A stretch of DNA of 64,000 nt from Eledone cirrhosa (Eukaryota). A program made the position numbers and the translations under genes. Numbering within the stretch: position 1 is the stretch's first letter; the number at the start of each line of letters is the position of its first letter. The stretch lies in contig OZ024745.1 of assembly GCA_964016885.1 (NCBI GenBank), positions 67,208,001 through 67,272,000 on the forward strand, in the 5' to 3' direction. A model generated the notes under the pieces. That model saw only the letters and a list, made by a program, of their open reading frames with translations, was not told where the DNA came from and did not search any database. This document shows positions 14,088-33,392 of the stretch, piece after piece.

Positions 14088-14863
14088 TACACTACCAAAG
14101 AAAGTTTCACACGACAGACCTCAAATTGATTCCATCACCAAACTATTTATTACATGAATATATCGTGAATAGATTCTATCTACACGTAACGTGACAAATT
14201 TGCTTCGCATTGAGATTATTTGCAAGAAAATAATAAAAATAATAATATTAATAAAATAATAATAAAATTGTATATTACGATTGCAAAGGTAATTGACTTT
14301 CAATAGTTTATAAATGAACTGTGTGAAACAGATATATATTTTGCTTATTGATTGATTTCTCCGAATAACAGGTATATACTTCATAGAAAATTATATAATT
14401 TTCTATGGAAAGATGACGAACACCAGGGAAAGCGTATTTTCTCAAGGTCACACGTTATTCAATTAAATATCTAAATCAATTATTGTACTGTGGAATTTCT
14501 TATCTGTGTTAAGCACTAATAGACTGAGTATATATTTGTGTAGATTTATATATATTATACATTACAACCGCAGTCCGAATCTGAAACCAATAAGAGAATA
14601 GAAAATATATTATATATATATTTTTACACACGCCTTATATACATGTATGTATTAAAATTTAGCTTAAACATAGCTGTGTGTATAAATGTATGTGAATTTC
14701 CTATATCTAAAGATGTAGGATATGTTTGATGAATAAACATTTTGAACGCTAAGCTATCAATATTGAAAGCTGATAGCGAGCGCCCTCTAGCGGATCTCAG
14801 CAGAAGCAGCGAGGGATAACTGGTATACATAATTCGAGCTTTTGTCTTCTGTTGGAACTTGAA

Positions 14864-14938
<75 letters not shown>

Positions 14939-15452
14939 GGAGAGAAATTTATATCCGTTTTTGTGTTCGTCTCTTAACATTTTATTTATTTATACACTAC
15001 CACCAGTTTCATAGGTGTGAACATGCTTACTTACTTTGGATGTTTTTAAACAAGTCATCATAAAATGAGGATTTTCTTAAAGTGGCATGTTGCAAAGGTC
15101 CTCCATTAGTTGATTCAGATCATTTGTGGCGGTGTTGACTTGTTAATGACGGCAATTATTTCCAGTCTGATAGTGTCTTGGCGTCCGATCTGGTCTGGTA
15201 GAACAGTGACATCGACAACAGCGGATCTAACCGAACACAGATTACGAGAAGACATAGGACACTTGATGAAAGGATTGTTTTAGCATAATGAATGGTTGAT
15301 TATAATCAGTAAACTTCATATCCAAAGTCGAAGCAACGTTAATATAAATTTTCATTTAGCCTCTCTTCAGTGCAAGCAAAATGGCTTGTAATACAAGAAT
15401 ACAAAAATGTGCCAAACTGTTAATACATATATTCTTAACTTCCATACTCTAT

Positions 15453-15489
<37 letters not shown>

Positions 15490-15871
15490 GAAGATGAGAT
15501 TATATATATCAATAGTTTGACATATTTTGTATATATATGTATACATAGTAGTAATAAAGACCAAAAGCCAGAGAGGACTCGATAAGCGTTCTATATATAT
15601 ATAAAATTATATATAAACCCATTAGAGCAATTTATCTATACATATTTATCTATACATATTTTCACAGCTGTTGCTAATCTGCGTTTTGTCTTTACTATTT
15701 TGCAAACTGTCAATAATGCATATATAAGACCAGATCTTATATTTGATTAGCATGCATAAAACTCCCATTGAACTATTTCTGATAATCATAATCAGCTTGA
15801 CTACGTACCCCACTCTCTCTCCCGTCCTCTCTCTTCATCTATCTATATATGTATTTATCTGTCTCCCTACA

Positions 15872-15952
<81 letters not shown>

Positions 15953-15976
15953 ACACACATGCACGCACGCACACAC

Positions 15977-16009
<33 letters not shown>

Positions 16010-16210
16010 CATATATGTAGATCCCGAGTAATAATGGAGGTAACCACAGTCGAAAGAGTACTCGATACATTAGTAGAGTGAAAACATAATTATTTAATAT
16101 AGGACTAAAAGTTTTATTCGAACGAAGTCATCAGCAATGCCCTACTACCATTCCGGATGATTTCTTGCGAATGAAACAATTCCTGCAGAAGTCATTTCTA
16201 TATTAAATAT

Positions 16211-16303
<93 letters not shown>

Positions 16304-16613
16304 AAGTAGTAAAACCGCAGTTACAGATGAACTATAGCCGTTGCTCATCGAATTATAAGAGGCACTCACGAAGTACTCAATGATGTGAGAAATTGATACA
16401 TTTTTATCCAGAGTGGACACAAAGAGTTAAATTAAGTATGACACCAAGAATAAGGCGATCAAATCAATATTGCTATAAGAATACAACATCCATATATATA
16501 CAAACAGGTCGAACACTAACCTGGACCATCTAGAGTGGACATGAATCGATAAAGATCGGTGAAAATCTTCGATAGGTTTCTGGGAAAAATAAGTATATAT
16601 ATATATATATATG

Positions 16614-17300
16614 TAGAACTTCAATTAAAATTTTTGGGATACAACAAGCAAATATTTTTTATAACTGATATAAAGCACTCAACAAATTATTGGAGAAAAA
16701 AATACGATATATTAACAAATGGAAACTATATTTATAAAACCATATTTATTTCATTATACATATTTCAAGGACACCAAGTTAAATTATGGTGTGCTTTCAT
16801 CAGATAAAATATAATATAGAGCAGTTTTATAAATAAATATTGACATACCCTTAAATAATGCGACCATTTCTTTTGGAAGCTCCCGGATAGTGGCGTTATA
16901 AATTTATTTATACTATTATGCAAATTAGTGTCGGATATTTTTAAATCACAGTAGATTTAAAATAAGCCTGCTTATTTTAAATCTACTGTGATTTTAAAAT
17001 ATCCGACACTAATTTGCATAATAGTATAAATAAATTTATAACCCCACTATCCGGGAGCTTCCAAAAGAAATGGTCGCATTATTTAAAATAAAGTACCAGT
17101 AATACACTGGGTAATTTGCTTGCCTTGTGCCCCAAAAGTAGAAACAATTATTTAAGGGTTTGTCAATATTTATTTATAAAACTGCTCTATATTATATTTT
17201 ATCTGATGAATGCACACCATAATTTAACTTGGTGTCCTTGAAATATGTATAATGAAATAAATATGGTTTTATAAATATAGTTTCCATTTGTTAATATATC

Positions 17301-17303
<3 letters not shown>
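16614..17303. mobile_element. Fold-back element related to family B pLTR, HHR in both arms, SINE fragment in right arm
   Basis: Palindrome centred ~16968 (ttaaaataag cctg cttattttaa). Arms ~16703-16966 and 16971-17303. Similar to 58400-58620. Confidence 0.85.
17195..17259 (+). ncRNA. Minimal type I hammerhead ribozyme (family B-like)
   Basis: tattttat-CTGATGA-atgcacacc..ggtgtcctt-GAAA-tatgta-TA-atgaaata. Mirror copy at 16747-16811 (-). Confidence 0.75.
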
Positions 17304-17337
<34 letters not shown>

Positions 17338-17373
17338 AATATATATATGTGTGTGTGTGTGTATGTATGTGTA

Positions 17374-17440
<67 letters not shown>

Positions 17441-17442
<2 letters not shown>

Positions 17443-17710
17443 CGAAGAAAGTGTGGTAAGGAACCAGATGGACCATAACCCACCAGAGTACTCAATACTT
17501 AAGGTAGTAGAGTGGGTAATAGGAAAATGTTCAAGACCCCGACTGCAGAGCTCAGGCCTTTTCGACGGCTATTTTTCATCTTCCAGAAATAGCCGTCGAA
17601 ACGGCCTGAGCTCTGCCGTCGGGGTCTTGAACATTTTCCTATTACCCACTCTACTACTCTAAGTATTGAGTACTCTGGTGCGTTATGGTCCATCTCGTTC
17701 CTTACTTAAC
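17441..17710. mobile_element. Family A fold-back element
   Basis: ~120-bp arms around ~17578, same family as 2944-3146, between (TA)n tracts. Further fragments at 28141-28289 and 31453-31529. Confidence 0.85.
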
Positions 17711-18239
17711 ATTTTGCTATATATTTATATATATATATATCTATATATATATGTGTGGGGGTGCGCGTGTGTGTGTGTGTGTGTGTGCGTGCGAATTTTA
17801 TAAAATTGTAGTATTCTCAGCGTGAAGGGTAGCCGTAAACAGCTGGATACAACATGTATAGTTAGTAAAATGTTGGGTTAAGATATAACCTCATATCGAA
17901 CGGAGAGAGGGAGAGAAAGAAAGAAAGATAGTCTAAAGCATGAGATGAAATACGAGAGGATTACAGAGAGAGACAGATAAGAGGAGAGGAGGGGAGAAAA
18001 GCGGGAACGAGATCGATGGAGCAGGACTTATGGAAAATTATAAAAAAAAGGATAAAAAAGATGGAAAAAAAATGGAAAAAATTTATCACACATACCATTT
18101 CGTTGCTAGATTGCATGGTGAACAAGGTGTTGTATCGCTGAATTATTAAATTAATATATTCGTCGTTTTGTTCTAATACATTAAGAAGGAAATATTCATA
18201 CAGTTATTTCACCATGCGGTCTACTAACAGCATGGTAAG

Positions 18240-19361
18240 AGAAAGGAAGAAGAGCTAGCATTTACGTTAACTTGGAAGAAAAGATTTATTTACCTATATT
18301 ATGAGTTATGATACTGTATATATAATCAATTAGATTATATAAAGAATTATGGTTGTAAGTAATTTTATCTTATTACATTACGATAGGTTATATGTATATA
18401 CATATCTATTTATATATTAGTAAATTGCGTATGTATTGGTTGTTTATATATCAAATAGGAGTTACAAAGGAAGTTGATTTTGTATTTTACTTAAAAATTC
18501 GTGGTTCAAGTTGTGAGAGTAGAACAATTTGTGGATTCAAAAATTTTGTTCAACATTGAAAATGTTTTCAGAATATTGTTAATTTAGCGAAGCTATACAG
18601 ATTATCAAACATAATGTGTTTATGTTTGCACGATTGAGAAAGGAAAGATAACCCCAATTTTGTTTGTTAACCATTAAATTAGAGAAAATTATATATTATT
18701 TTATGTGAGATCCATTATTTTAGTCAAAGGTGTGTGAATGTATGAATAACAAAAAGAGAGAGGAAAAATGTAATGTGATTTTCGAAGAACTATCGTAAAT
18801 AGGATGAATTCTCAGAATGTCATTTAAAGATTATCAATCTACATCTAAAAATGTATTTGTTAGGGGTGTCCGTACAAAAATATGTCGGAATTAAAAATAA
18901 TGTCGTAATAAAAATAATGTAGGAAATTAAAATATTAAAAATATTATGAATATTAGAGATATTGAAAAATTTTGAAATATTAAAAATATTAAAAAATATT
19001 TTTAAAATATTAAAAAATATTAAAATTATTAAAAATATTAAAAAATTTACATTTAAATTTTTATAAAAAGGTAGGATCATTTTGAAGGTGTATAGGAATA
19101 TTATAAATTAGAAATAGTTCTGAACGTGGAATTTTGGCGATGTTTACAAGAAGAAAATAATTCTGTACTGAGATTAATAGAGTTTTGACAGTTAATTATA
19201 TAAAAAATTTCTTCGATACACAATTTACAGAATCTTGATAAAGCCGTAGAAGATTTTTTATCAGATATCCTAAATGTATGATTATGGTTATTCCAGCGTT
19301 CTTTAAATTTTGTTGAACATTTATATTTGTTGAATTACCAACAAATTGAATATCCCTTCTG

Positions 19362-19364
<3 letters not shown>
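18240..19364 (-). mobile_element. Penelope-like family B, second copy (internally deleted) with short inverted terminus
   Basis: Collinear similarity to 58760-59975. 19317-19364 is the reverse complement of 58351-58398 and ends in (TA)n. Confidence 0.85.
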
Positions 19365-19413
<49 letters not shown>

Positions 19414-19436
19414 AAAATTCTCAGGACCCCTGAGGG

Positions 19437-19550
<114 letters not shown>

Positions 19551-19726
19551 CATATATATATAATCCCAGAATGGCTTTTTCTCTGTTCGATCCTCTTCTC
19601 TCTCTCTATCTTTCTATTTCTCCTTTTATTTCTCATTCTATCTTCCGATGAAGGACTAGTGTCTTTTCCTACTAATATATTTCTTCATTGTACTGTCTTG
19701 TTTGCTTTTATGTTTCTGTTTCTCTT

Positions 19727-19776
<50 letters not shown>

Positions 19777-19894
19777 GTAGAACACTGGAATGTAATATCC
19801 GTAGTGGTAGAGCACTCAATCCATGGGACAAGTTTGGAAGAAGATATTGAACTAACTGTCGTGTTACTACTTATATATATATATATATATCCGA

Positions 19895-20058
19895 TAATTA
19901 ATCATTTTAAAAGGTATCTATATTTGAAGTTCTAGTTAAAATTTAATTGGTTACCTACCTAGCTATGTGTGCTTGCATACTTTACAAATTATTCCCTGTG
20001 ATTTTTCCATATGTTTATTTTATATATATATATATATATAAATGAATGAAAGGTATAG

Positions 20059-20130
<72 letters not shown>

Positions 20131-20686
20131 AATCTATTTCTAGTTGATATAAAATGCTCGGATCTATTCATTGGAACTTTTGAGCTTATTCTGCAGTGGA
20201 TATAGCGCATGTCTCTCAGACATGACAACCCTTAATTTAAATTTTGGATATATACACGGACACTTAATTGCAGAGCTAACTCAGTTGAATGAACTCGGCT
20301 GCTATTTCTAGCTGTCGATAATCCTATTCACGCCACTGAGGTGTGTATTCTTTTTTAAATACAACACGTGGTTCGTGTCATTCGCAGATTTCCATTTGCT
20401 TTGTAAACGCAGATAGTTGGATCTTCTCCTTTGGTGACCATCCAGGATTTGACTACTGTGATTTACTGATTAATTGGTGAAATATATTTTTTATTTAAAG
20501 AAATATATACAAAGGAGATTAATCATTTTAAAAGGTTTGAAGTATTTTTGAATATTTGAAGTTCTAGTTAAACTTTAATTGGTTACCTTCCTAGCTATGT
20601 GTGCTTACATACTTTACAAATTATTCCCTGTGATTGTTCCATATGTTTATTTTATATATATGTCAATCTATTTCGAGTTGATATAT
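19895..20686 (+). repeat. Local direct duplication (~19895-20150 vs ~20518-20686)
   Basis: aatcattttaaaaggt..gaagttctagttaaa..ttattccctgtgatt..gtcaatctatttc occurs twice. Confidence 0.8.
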
Positions 20687-20705
20687 ATATATATAAATAT
20701 ATATA

Positions 20706-25569
<4,864 letters not shown>

Positions 25570-25573
25570 TCTG

Positions 25574-25641
<68 letters not shown>

Positions 25642-25789
25642 GATTTAAACATTTCTACATAAACGGAGAAAGCTATTAGCGATACTCCGGCCAATTTCCT
25701 CACTCAACAAACACTAGGAAATACCGGAGTATATACCCAATTAAACGTTTGGAGTGCTAACTATATTGTATTGTCTGGATAATTGGCTG

Positions 25790-26714
<925 letters not shown>

Positions 26715-28107
26715 AAACCCGGTTAAGGATTCCCCCCCCCCCCACACACACACACCTGTAGGTCCCCTGCACTTGTGCGTACATATACCAATGACCAATG
26801 GACAACAACAACCACCCATAGTCTGTGGTCTCTATGGTGGATGGTCCACCGGATCCTCTACTGGTTAGGAGTCAACAAAACCACGTTTATTGAACCTGAG
26901 GAACACCCCCCCCCCTAGCGGCCCACACAGGAAGAACAATTATCCCTAGGTACTAACCCTATACGCATAAATGAGTGGTGTCCGCAACCGTGCATTGTGT
27001 GTGTATACTGGGACTGCGTGAATGTACACACTCATGTGAACGCAACAAAATACCAATACCCCAGGTTGGATTTGAAAAATGTTCGAGTGTATGTTTAAGA
27101 GTATCTTTGTATATTCTCTTTTGTATGAGTGCACATGTGTATATAGACATACACGCACATCCAAAAGTATAAAAGTGTGGATGGGTGCTTGTACCTATAT
27201 ATGTCTGTACTAAGGGATTCGCCTCAGCTCCAAAGCCCCCAAGCTATTGCTGTGAAGATATATATCACACTCTACTTTTGTCTAGTCTAAACAATAACTC
27301 TTCCAAACACCTACTTTACTTTTCTTTAAAAATAACACCCACCTAGCTTTATGTCTGCCTTATACTTGGATTTGGGAGCCTCTGTTGTATATATATATGC
27401 ACTTGTGCGTACATATATATATACACACACCTGTATGGATTTGTGTGTGTAGATGTGTGTGTGTCTGAGGGGGTAGGTGTGAGTGTATGTACAAGTCAAC
27501 CAACTTCCTAAAATTTCTAAACTTTCTAAGTATTTGACGCTAACCATTATTTTCAGTATTACCACCCCACATTAATTCCTCAATGTGTATGTGTGGATGT
27601 GTATCTGTGTCTGTGGAGGTGGGTGTGAGTGTATGTGCAAGTCAACCTACATAAGTCTTTTTATTTGTATATTTTCTAGTATTCTACTCTAACAATAATT
27701 TTCAGTGGTACCACTCCACATAAATTCCTCAATTTAAGAATGACCTGTAGTATTGAATTTCATACTATAAACCTCAATTGAATATATATCTGACCAGGAA
27801 TGCTTTTTGTGAAAATCAGTCATATGGAACTATTGTCATCTTGCCTGATGGTTTGAACTTTACAACACCACCTGCCTCTTTGATGTCAAATACCAACCCC
27901 ACTAGCATCTACAAACTGACCAATGAGAATTAAGACTATTCCTGCTGACAACATTAAATTATTGCTAACAAGCTCATATGTCCCAAGGCTCTGACACCAT
28001 CAACACTATAAACACAGAGCTGGCATATCTAAGAACTGACTAACTGCATGATGAGGTCATAGCCATTCAATAGCTATCATCAAAATATATATAGCAGTAA
28101 ATAAGGG

Positions 28108-28143
<36 letters not shown>

Positions 28144-28288
28144 AAAATGTTCAAGACCCCGACGGCAGAGCTCAAAAAGTTTCGACGGCTATTTCTTGAA
28201 CATTTTCCTATTACCCACTCTACTACCCAAAGTATTGAGTACTCTAGTGCGTTATGGTCCACCTGATTCCTTACCACACTTCCTTTGT

Positions 28289-28321
<33 letters not shown>

Positions 28322-28322
<1 letters not shown>

Positions 28323-29965
28323 ATAAAACCTTTTATGGTTATATATTTTTTATACAAACCCTAAATAGTGAAAGATAGTCATTAATTACTATCTTATTAC
28401 CAGTAAGATAAATAGCTCAATGTAATAATATCGGTTGTTTTACAGAGCAGTTATATAGAGATTACAATAATCAAAGTTCAGTTAAATCATTTATTTGCTT
28501 ACAATTGTTTCCTCCAAACCGAGGTTTGGATTCTTCGGAGCAACTATTTAGTGATCTATAACATACTTGACCTCCTTTTCAACACAAGAGACATATAAAA
28601 ACATATGCACATATTGATCCACAGTGGGATAACATCCATCAAAATGATATAGCATGGCAATTTACATATAATGGTTAAAGGATAAAGATAAAAATAAAAA
28701 TAAAAATAGAAATAAAAATAAAAATGAAGCATTGGCAGTCTATGAAGATAAAGCACGAGGAAAGTTTAGAGTAGTCAGTGTATGAAACAATGTCACGTGT
28801 AGCATGCACGCGTGTCTTATTTATACAGGATTAGAGGGCGTCCGAATGTTACTTGCAGGGTCGGGCAGTTGAAGCAGGCAATCGATATTATTATGTGGGC
28901 TGAATTATTAAATCATTTTTTCGCATACACCTGTATGATATACAGTCCCAAATGTGGAGAAACACCAAAATATCAAAAATATCAAACATATTATAAAACA
29001 TATTATATCGTAGGCAAAACAGTACCACTGTCTTCGCGCACGCCACCACTCACATAATCCATGAGACGCAATATATAGACCACGGGTCTATCATATAATT
29101 CACGATGGTTCGGCATATAACCAAGTTATAAACCGTATCTTGTCGATTCTTAATTAATAGATCATGTTGTTTAGTTTTGTGTGATGATACTATATTCCGG
29201 AAGTGTGTGTATGACCAAGTGGAATTAATGCGTAAGGGGAGGTAACTAGCTGGTTTACTTAGTTAAATTTATTATCCTAAATTACAGTAATGGTGTTTCA
29301 AATAAGTGCCTAACATATGCTGTTATAACTAATTTCTAGATTAGGTTACTTATCTATAGGTTACAGTGTTGTCTATTAAGAAGTAGTAAAGGTGTGTATA
29401 TCAGGATGATTACCTTCTATTAAGGGGTGTCATATCTGAACATTCTATAAGAAGAGTCAGACCCCCAAATCAATATTCTTTGTAACTGTAATTCCTCCCG
29501 CAGGATCTGGCATGGTCCTATTATTATATATGACTCCCGGTAAGCTCTGGGTCATTGCATGTCTGAATCCTTGGTAAATCTAAATATCTCCAGGGTGGTC
29601 TGGAGATCAAATCTCTCATATAAAGACACCAGTCTGGCCATCAAGCAATAGATAAACTCCTATCTCATATATAAATTAAATTAGGTATCTTATCTACAAA
29701 TTAGAGTGGAGTCTATTAATAAGTACTAAAGGAGTTCATATCATGAAGATTATAATCTGGAGATCAAGTCTCTCATATAAAGACACCAGTCTGGCCACCA
29801 AGCAATACATAAACTCCCATCTCATATATAAATTAAATTAGTAAAGGAGGTCAAGTATGTTATAGATCACTAAATAGTTGCTCCGAAGAATCCAAACCTC
29901 GGTTTGGAGGAAACAATTGTAAACAAATAAATGATTTAAACTGAACTTTGATTATTGTAATCTCT
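28322..29965. mobile_element. Family E element with ~120-bp inverted repeats carrying HHRs
   Basis: 28458-28578 is the reverse complement of 29843-29963. Internal direct duplication ~29600-29682 and ~29757-29840. Flanked by (TA)n. Confidence 0.78.
28495..28543 (-). ncRNA. Minimal type I hammerhead ribozyme, variant core CCGAAGA (family E)
   Basis: ttgct-CCGAAGA-a tccaaac ctcg gtttgga g-GAAA-caattg-TA-agcaa. Mirror copy at 29878-29926 (+). Confidence 0.75.
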
Positions 29966-29982
29966 CTCTCTCTATATATATA

Positions 29983-30095
<113 letters not shown>

Positions 30096-30099
30096 ATAT

Positions 30100-30648
30100 T
30101 ATAAAATAACAGGAGGCTGGACTGGTGTAATTCCTTAAAATGTTTATTATACTATGATCATTTCAATGACCGGGTTCAGTATGAATCCGGTGACATCATC
30201 AGGTATTCGAAATATAACAAAGGGATATAATAGACAAAATCCATGAGGCTGAAAATCAGAGATATGAGGGCGACCGAACATTTAGCAGCTTCTACCCCGG
30301 TCGGCCGACCGAGCTGCTAAATGTTCGGTCGCCCTCATATCTCTGATTTTCAGCCTCATGGATTTTGTCTATTATATCCCTTTGTTATATTTCGAATACC
30401 TGATGATGTCACCGGATTTATACTGAAACTGTTCATTGAAATGATCATAGTATAATAAACCTTTCAAGGATTTACACCAGTCCAGCCTCCTGTTAATTTA
30501 TAATAATTAACTCCGTACTCCCATCACCAACTACACAAACGAAGAGGGGTGAGTTGCATTACGTTGAGTGCTCTCCATAATACTACATCGAGCTTGACCA
30601 TACGGAATGACCAGTTCTATCCAGTGGTGAACCAACGAGCCTAATTAA

Positions 30649-30655
<7 letters not shown>
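30100..30655. mobile_element. Family G fold-back element, HHR in both arms
   Basis: ~190-bp arms 30101-30290 and 30312-30501. A single-arm copy lies at ~45300-45520. Confidence 0.85.
30149..30206 (-). ncRNA. Minimal type I hammerhead ribozyme (family G)
   Basis: atac-CTGATGA-tgtca ccggattca tac tgaacccgg tcatt-GAAA-tgatca-TA-gtat. Copies at 30396-30453 (+) and 45415-45472 (+). Confidence 0.82.
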
Positions 30656-30690
<35 letters not shown>

Positions 30691-31389
30691 GTGGTAACAG
30701 ATTATTGTTATAGGTAGTCCACTTAAGTGTAGTCCAGTTATGGTACTCCGGGTAGTGGATGATATCAACGCTTGGTTAAGTTTGGCTCAACAAGGCGTTT
30801 CCATAGTGATGTTGCGAGTACGCTGTAATTCCTATGTTGTAAACACTTGGAGTAATGATAAATCAGGAAAGAAGAGTGACACGGTTTGCTATACAAAGAA
30901 GGTTTTTAATCTCATTTTTTGTATAGCAAACCGTGTCACTCTTCTTTCCTGATTTATATATATATATATATAAATCAAGAAAGAAGAGTGATACGGTTTG
31001 CTATACAATAAGGGCTTTAATCACATTGCTGACAATTGTTTCTCTGAACTGGTAGGTCTAGAGATCGCTAGCTCTGATGAATTGACTGGTTATAACTATG
31101 TATTGGTGATCGATTGACACAGAAACAGGTGGGTAGCGATGTCTAGACCTACCAGTTCAGAGAAACAATTGTCAGCAATGTGAATAAAGCCCTTATTGTA
31201 TAGCAAACCATGTCACTCTTCTTTCTTGATTTATTATTACGCCAAATGTAAACAACATAGAAATCACCGCGTACTCGCAGCATACTTGTTGAGTCAAACT
31301 TAGCCAAGCGTTGATACCATCCACTACTCGGAGTACCCTAACTGGACTACACTTAAGAGGACTACCTATAACAATAATTTGTTATCCTG

Positions 31390-31391
<2 letters not shown>
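30691..31391. mobile_element. Family F nested fold-back element with central HHR
   Basis: Outer arms ~30697-30860 and ~31232-31390, inner hairpin 30858-30957, arms 30970-31070 and 31134-31234. Confidence 0.82.
31071..31176 (+). ncRNA. Type I hammerhead ribozyme with long stem II (family F)
   Basis: gct-CTGATGA-a ttgactggt [~60 nt] accagttcag a-GAAA-caattg-TC-agc (GUC triplet). Stem I 5' arm is clipped by the fold-back junction. Confidence 0.68.
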
Positions 31392-31441
<50 letters not shown>

Positions 31442-31527
31442 AACCAGTAAGACCCCACTCTACTACCCTAAGTATTGAGTACTTTGGTGCGTTATGGTCC
31501 ACCTGGTTCCTTACCACATTTCCTTCG

Positions 31528-31582
<55 letters not shown>

Positions 31583-31974
31583 GTGGGGGCATGTATATAT
31601 ACCTGTCATGAGATTAGTTTTTGTAATTTGATTGAGAATTCTTATTTTGAATATACGTTACGTACATTGCCACGTTTTATTCTTGATTACTGACGGTATT
31701 ACTCCATACACAAACAAGATAAAAGTGAAATGTTCAATGCTTATTTTCTACTCCAGTGAAATCGATATGATTAAACGCTCACTCTTGAATTAGCTTATAA
31801 CAACCAGAAAATATAAGCATTCTTTTAATATTAGTACAACTAATAATTTCTTCTTCTTCTTCTTCTTCTTCTTCTTCTTCTTCTTCTTCTTCTTCTTCTT
31901 CTTCTTCTACTACTTCTTCTCCTTCTTCTTCTTCTTCTTCTACTTCTTCTTCTTCTTCTTCTTCTTCTTAATAG

Positions 31975-32900
31975 TAAGAAAGCTAAAGGTCATAAGCAGT
32001 GATGAATCAAAGGAAAGGGAGAATTTAAATAAGACAGACAGAATGACACTTGAATATATGGTCAATTCCTTCGTGAGATGCCGGACACAGTTGCCAAAGA
32101 TAAGAACTGGGAATGGACGAGGAAAAGCGTCCTAAAAGTTGAAATTGAAGCCATTATTTTCACATCCCAAGAACAGGCACTGAGAACGAACTATATCAAG
32201 TTCAATATTGACAAGTTAGTGCGTTCCCCCACTTTGTAAGTTGTGTGGTGAGAAAGCTGAAACAATAAATCACGTTATTGTGGATTGGCAGTATCAGTAG
32301 AGGGTCAGACGCCATGCTTTCCAGCATAGTGACGTCCCTTTACGATCTGAGTTCAAATTCCGCCGAGGTTGACTTTGCCTTTCATCCTTACGGGGTCGAT
32401 AAAATAAAGTACCAGTAATGCACTGGGTAATTGCTGGCCTTGTGCCTAAAGTAGAAACAATTATTAGTGAATGTAAGATGCTAGCTCAGAGAAGGTATAA
32501 GAAAAGGCATGACAACTTTGCCAGACTGTTTCATTGGAAGCGCTGTTATGAGTATGACATGAGCAAAAGTGAGGATAGTCTATTGGGCATTTTGTAGCAA
32601 ATATGCACTTGACAGAGTATAAAAATGGTATGAACCTGACGGCGTTATCGACAACGATGATGCAAATATCCTGTGGGGCTTTGTGATAGAGTGTGACCAT
32701 GAGATTGAGCATAGGAGACCAGATATTGTATTAATTGAGAAAGAAAGCAAACAGTGTTGGATCATATATATATATATATATATATATAGCCTGTCCAGCA
32801 GATAACAAGGTATGCGATAAAGAAGGAAAATAAATAATTAATAGATATGACAGGTTAGCTTGGGAGATTAAGTAGTTGTGGTCACTGAAAAAGATGGTTA
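31975..32900 (+). mobile_element. R4/Dong-clade LINE fragment (CCHC knuckle + restriction-like endonuclease), degenerate
   Basis: YGQFLREM..QEQALRTNYIKFNIDK..LCKLCGEKAETINHVI..KRHD..IEHRRPDIVLIEKESKQCWI..IACP. Interrupted by a SINE (32281-32465) and a TA run. Confidence 0.85.
32281..32465 (+). mobile_element. tRNA-derived SINE copy
   Basis: A box, B box gagttcaaattcc, core and tail. Confidence 0.88.
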
Positions 32901-33318
32901 TAATCAGTAGCGGACTGGGTCTAAAAATATTGGTTGCCAGGAGATGAAGGGGCCCATCTACGTATAGAATGCTATCATTTAATTTTTGTTATGAATAAAT
33001 AACATTTTTTAAAAAGTGGAAACAAAACAAGACAATCAAATTTTTGCGGTAAAATATATTTTCTTCTCCAGTGCAACATATTATGTATTTTGCGAAATCC
33101 AGATATTTTCAATAATGACCTTTGGTCTTTTACACTCGTGGAAGTGCGTGTATGTGTGTGCATGAACATGTGTATATATGTATACATAACATGTTTTCAA
33201 CTTCTACAAATATCAATAGGGATCTAATTGACATTGTATATATATATATATTGTTATACTTGGGGATGGTCATATTGTTGTAATAATATTGCCACACACA
33301 CACATACACACACACACA

Positions 33319-33392
<74 letters not shown>

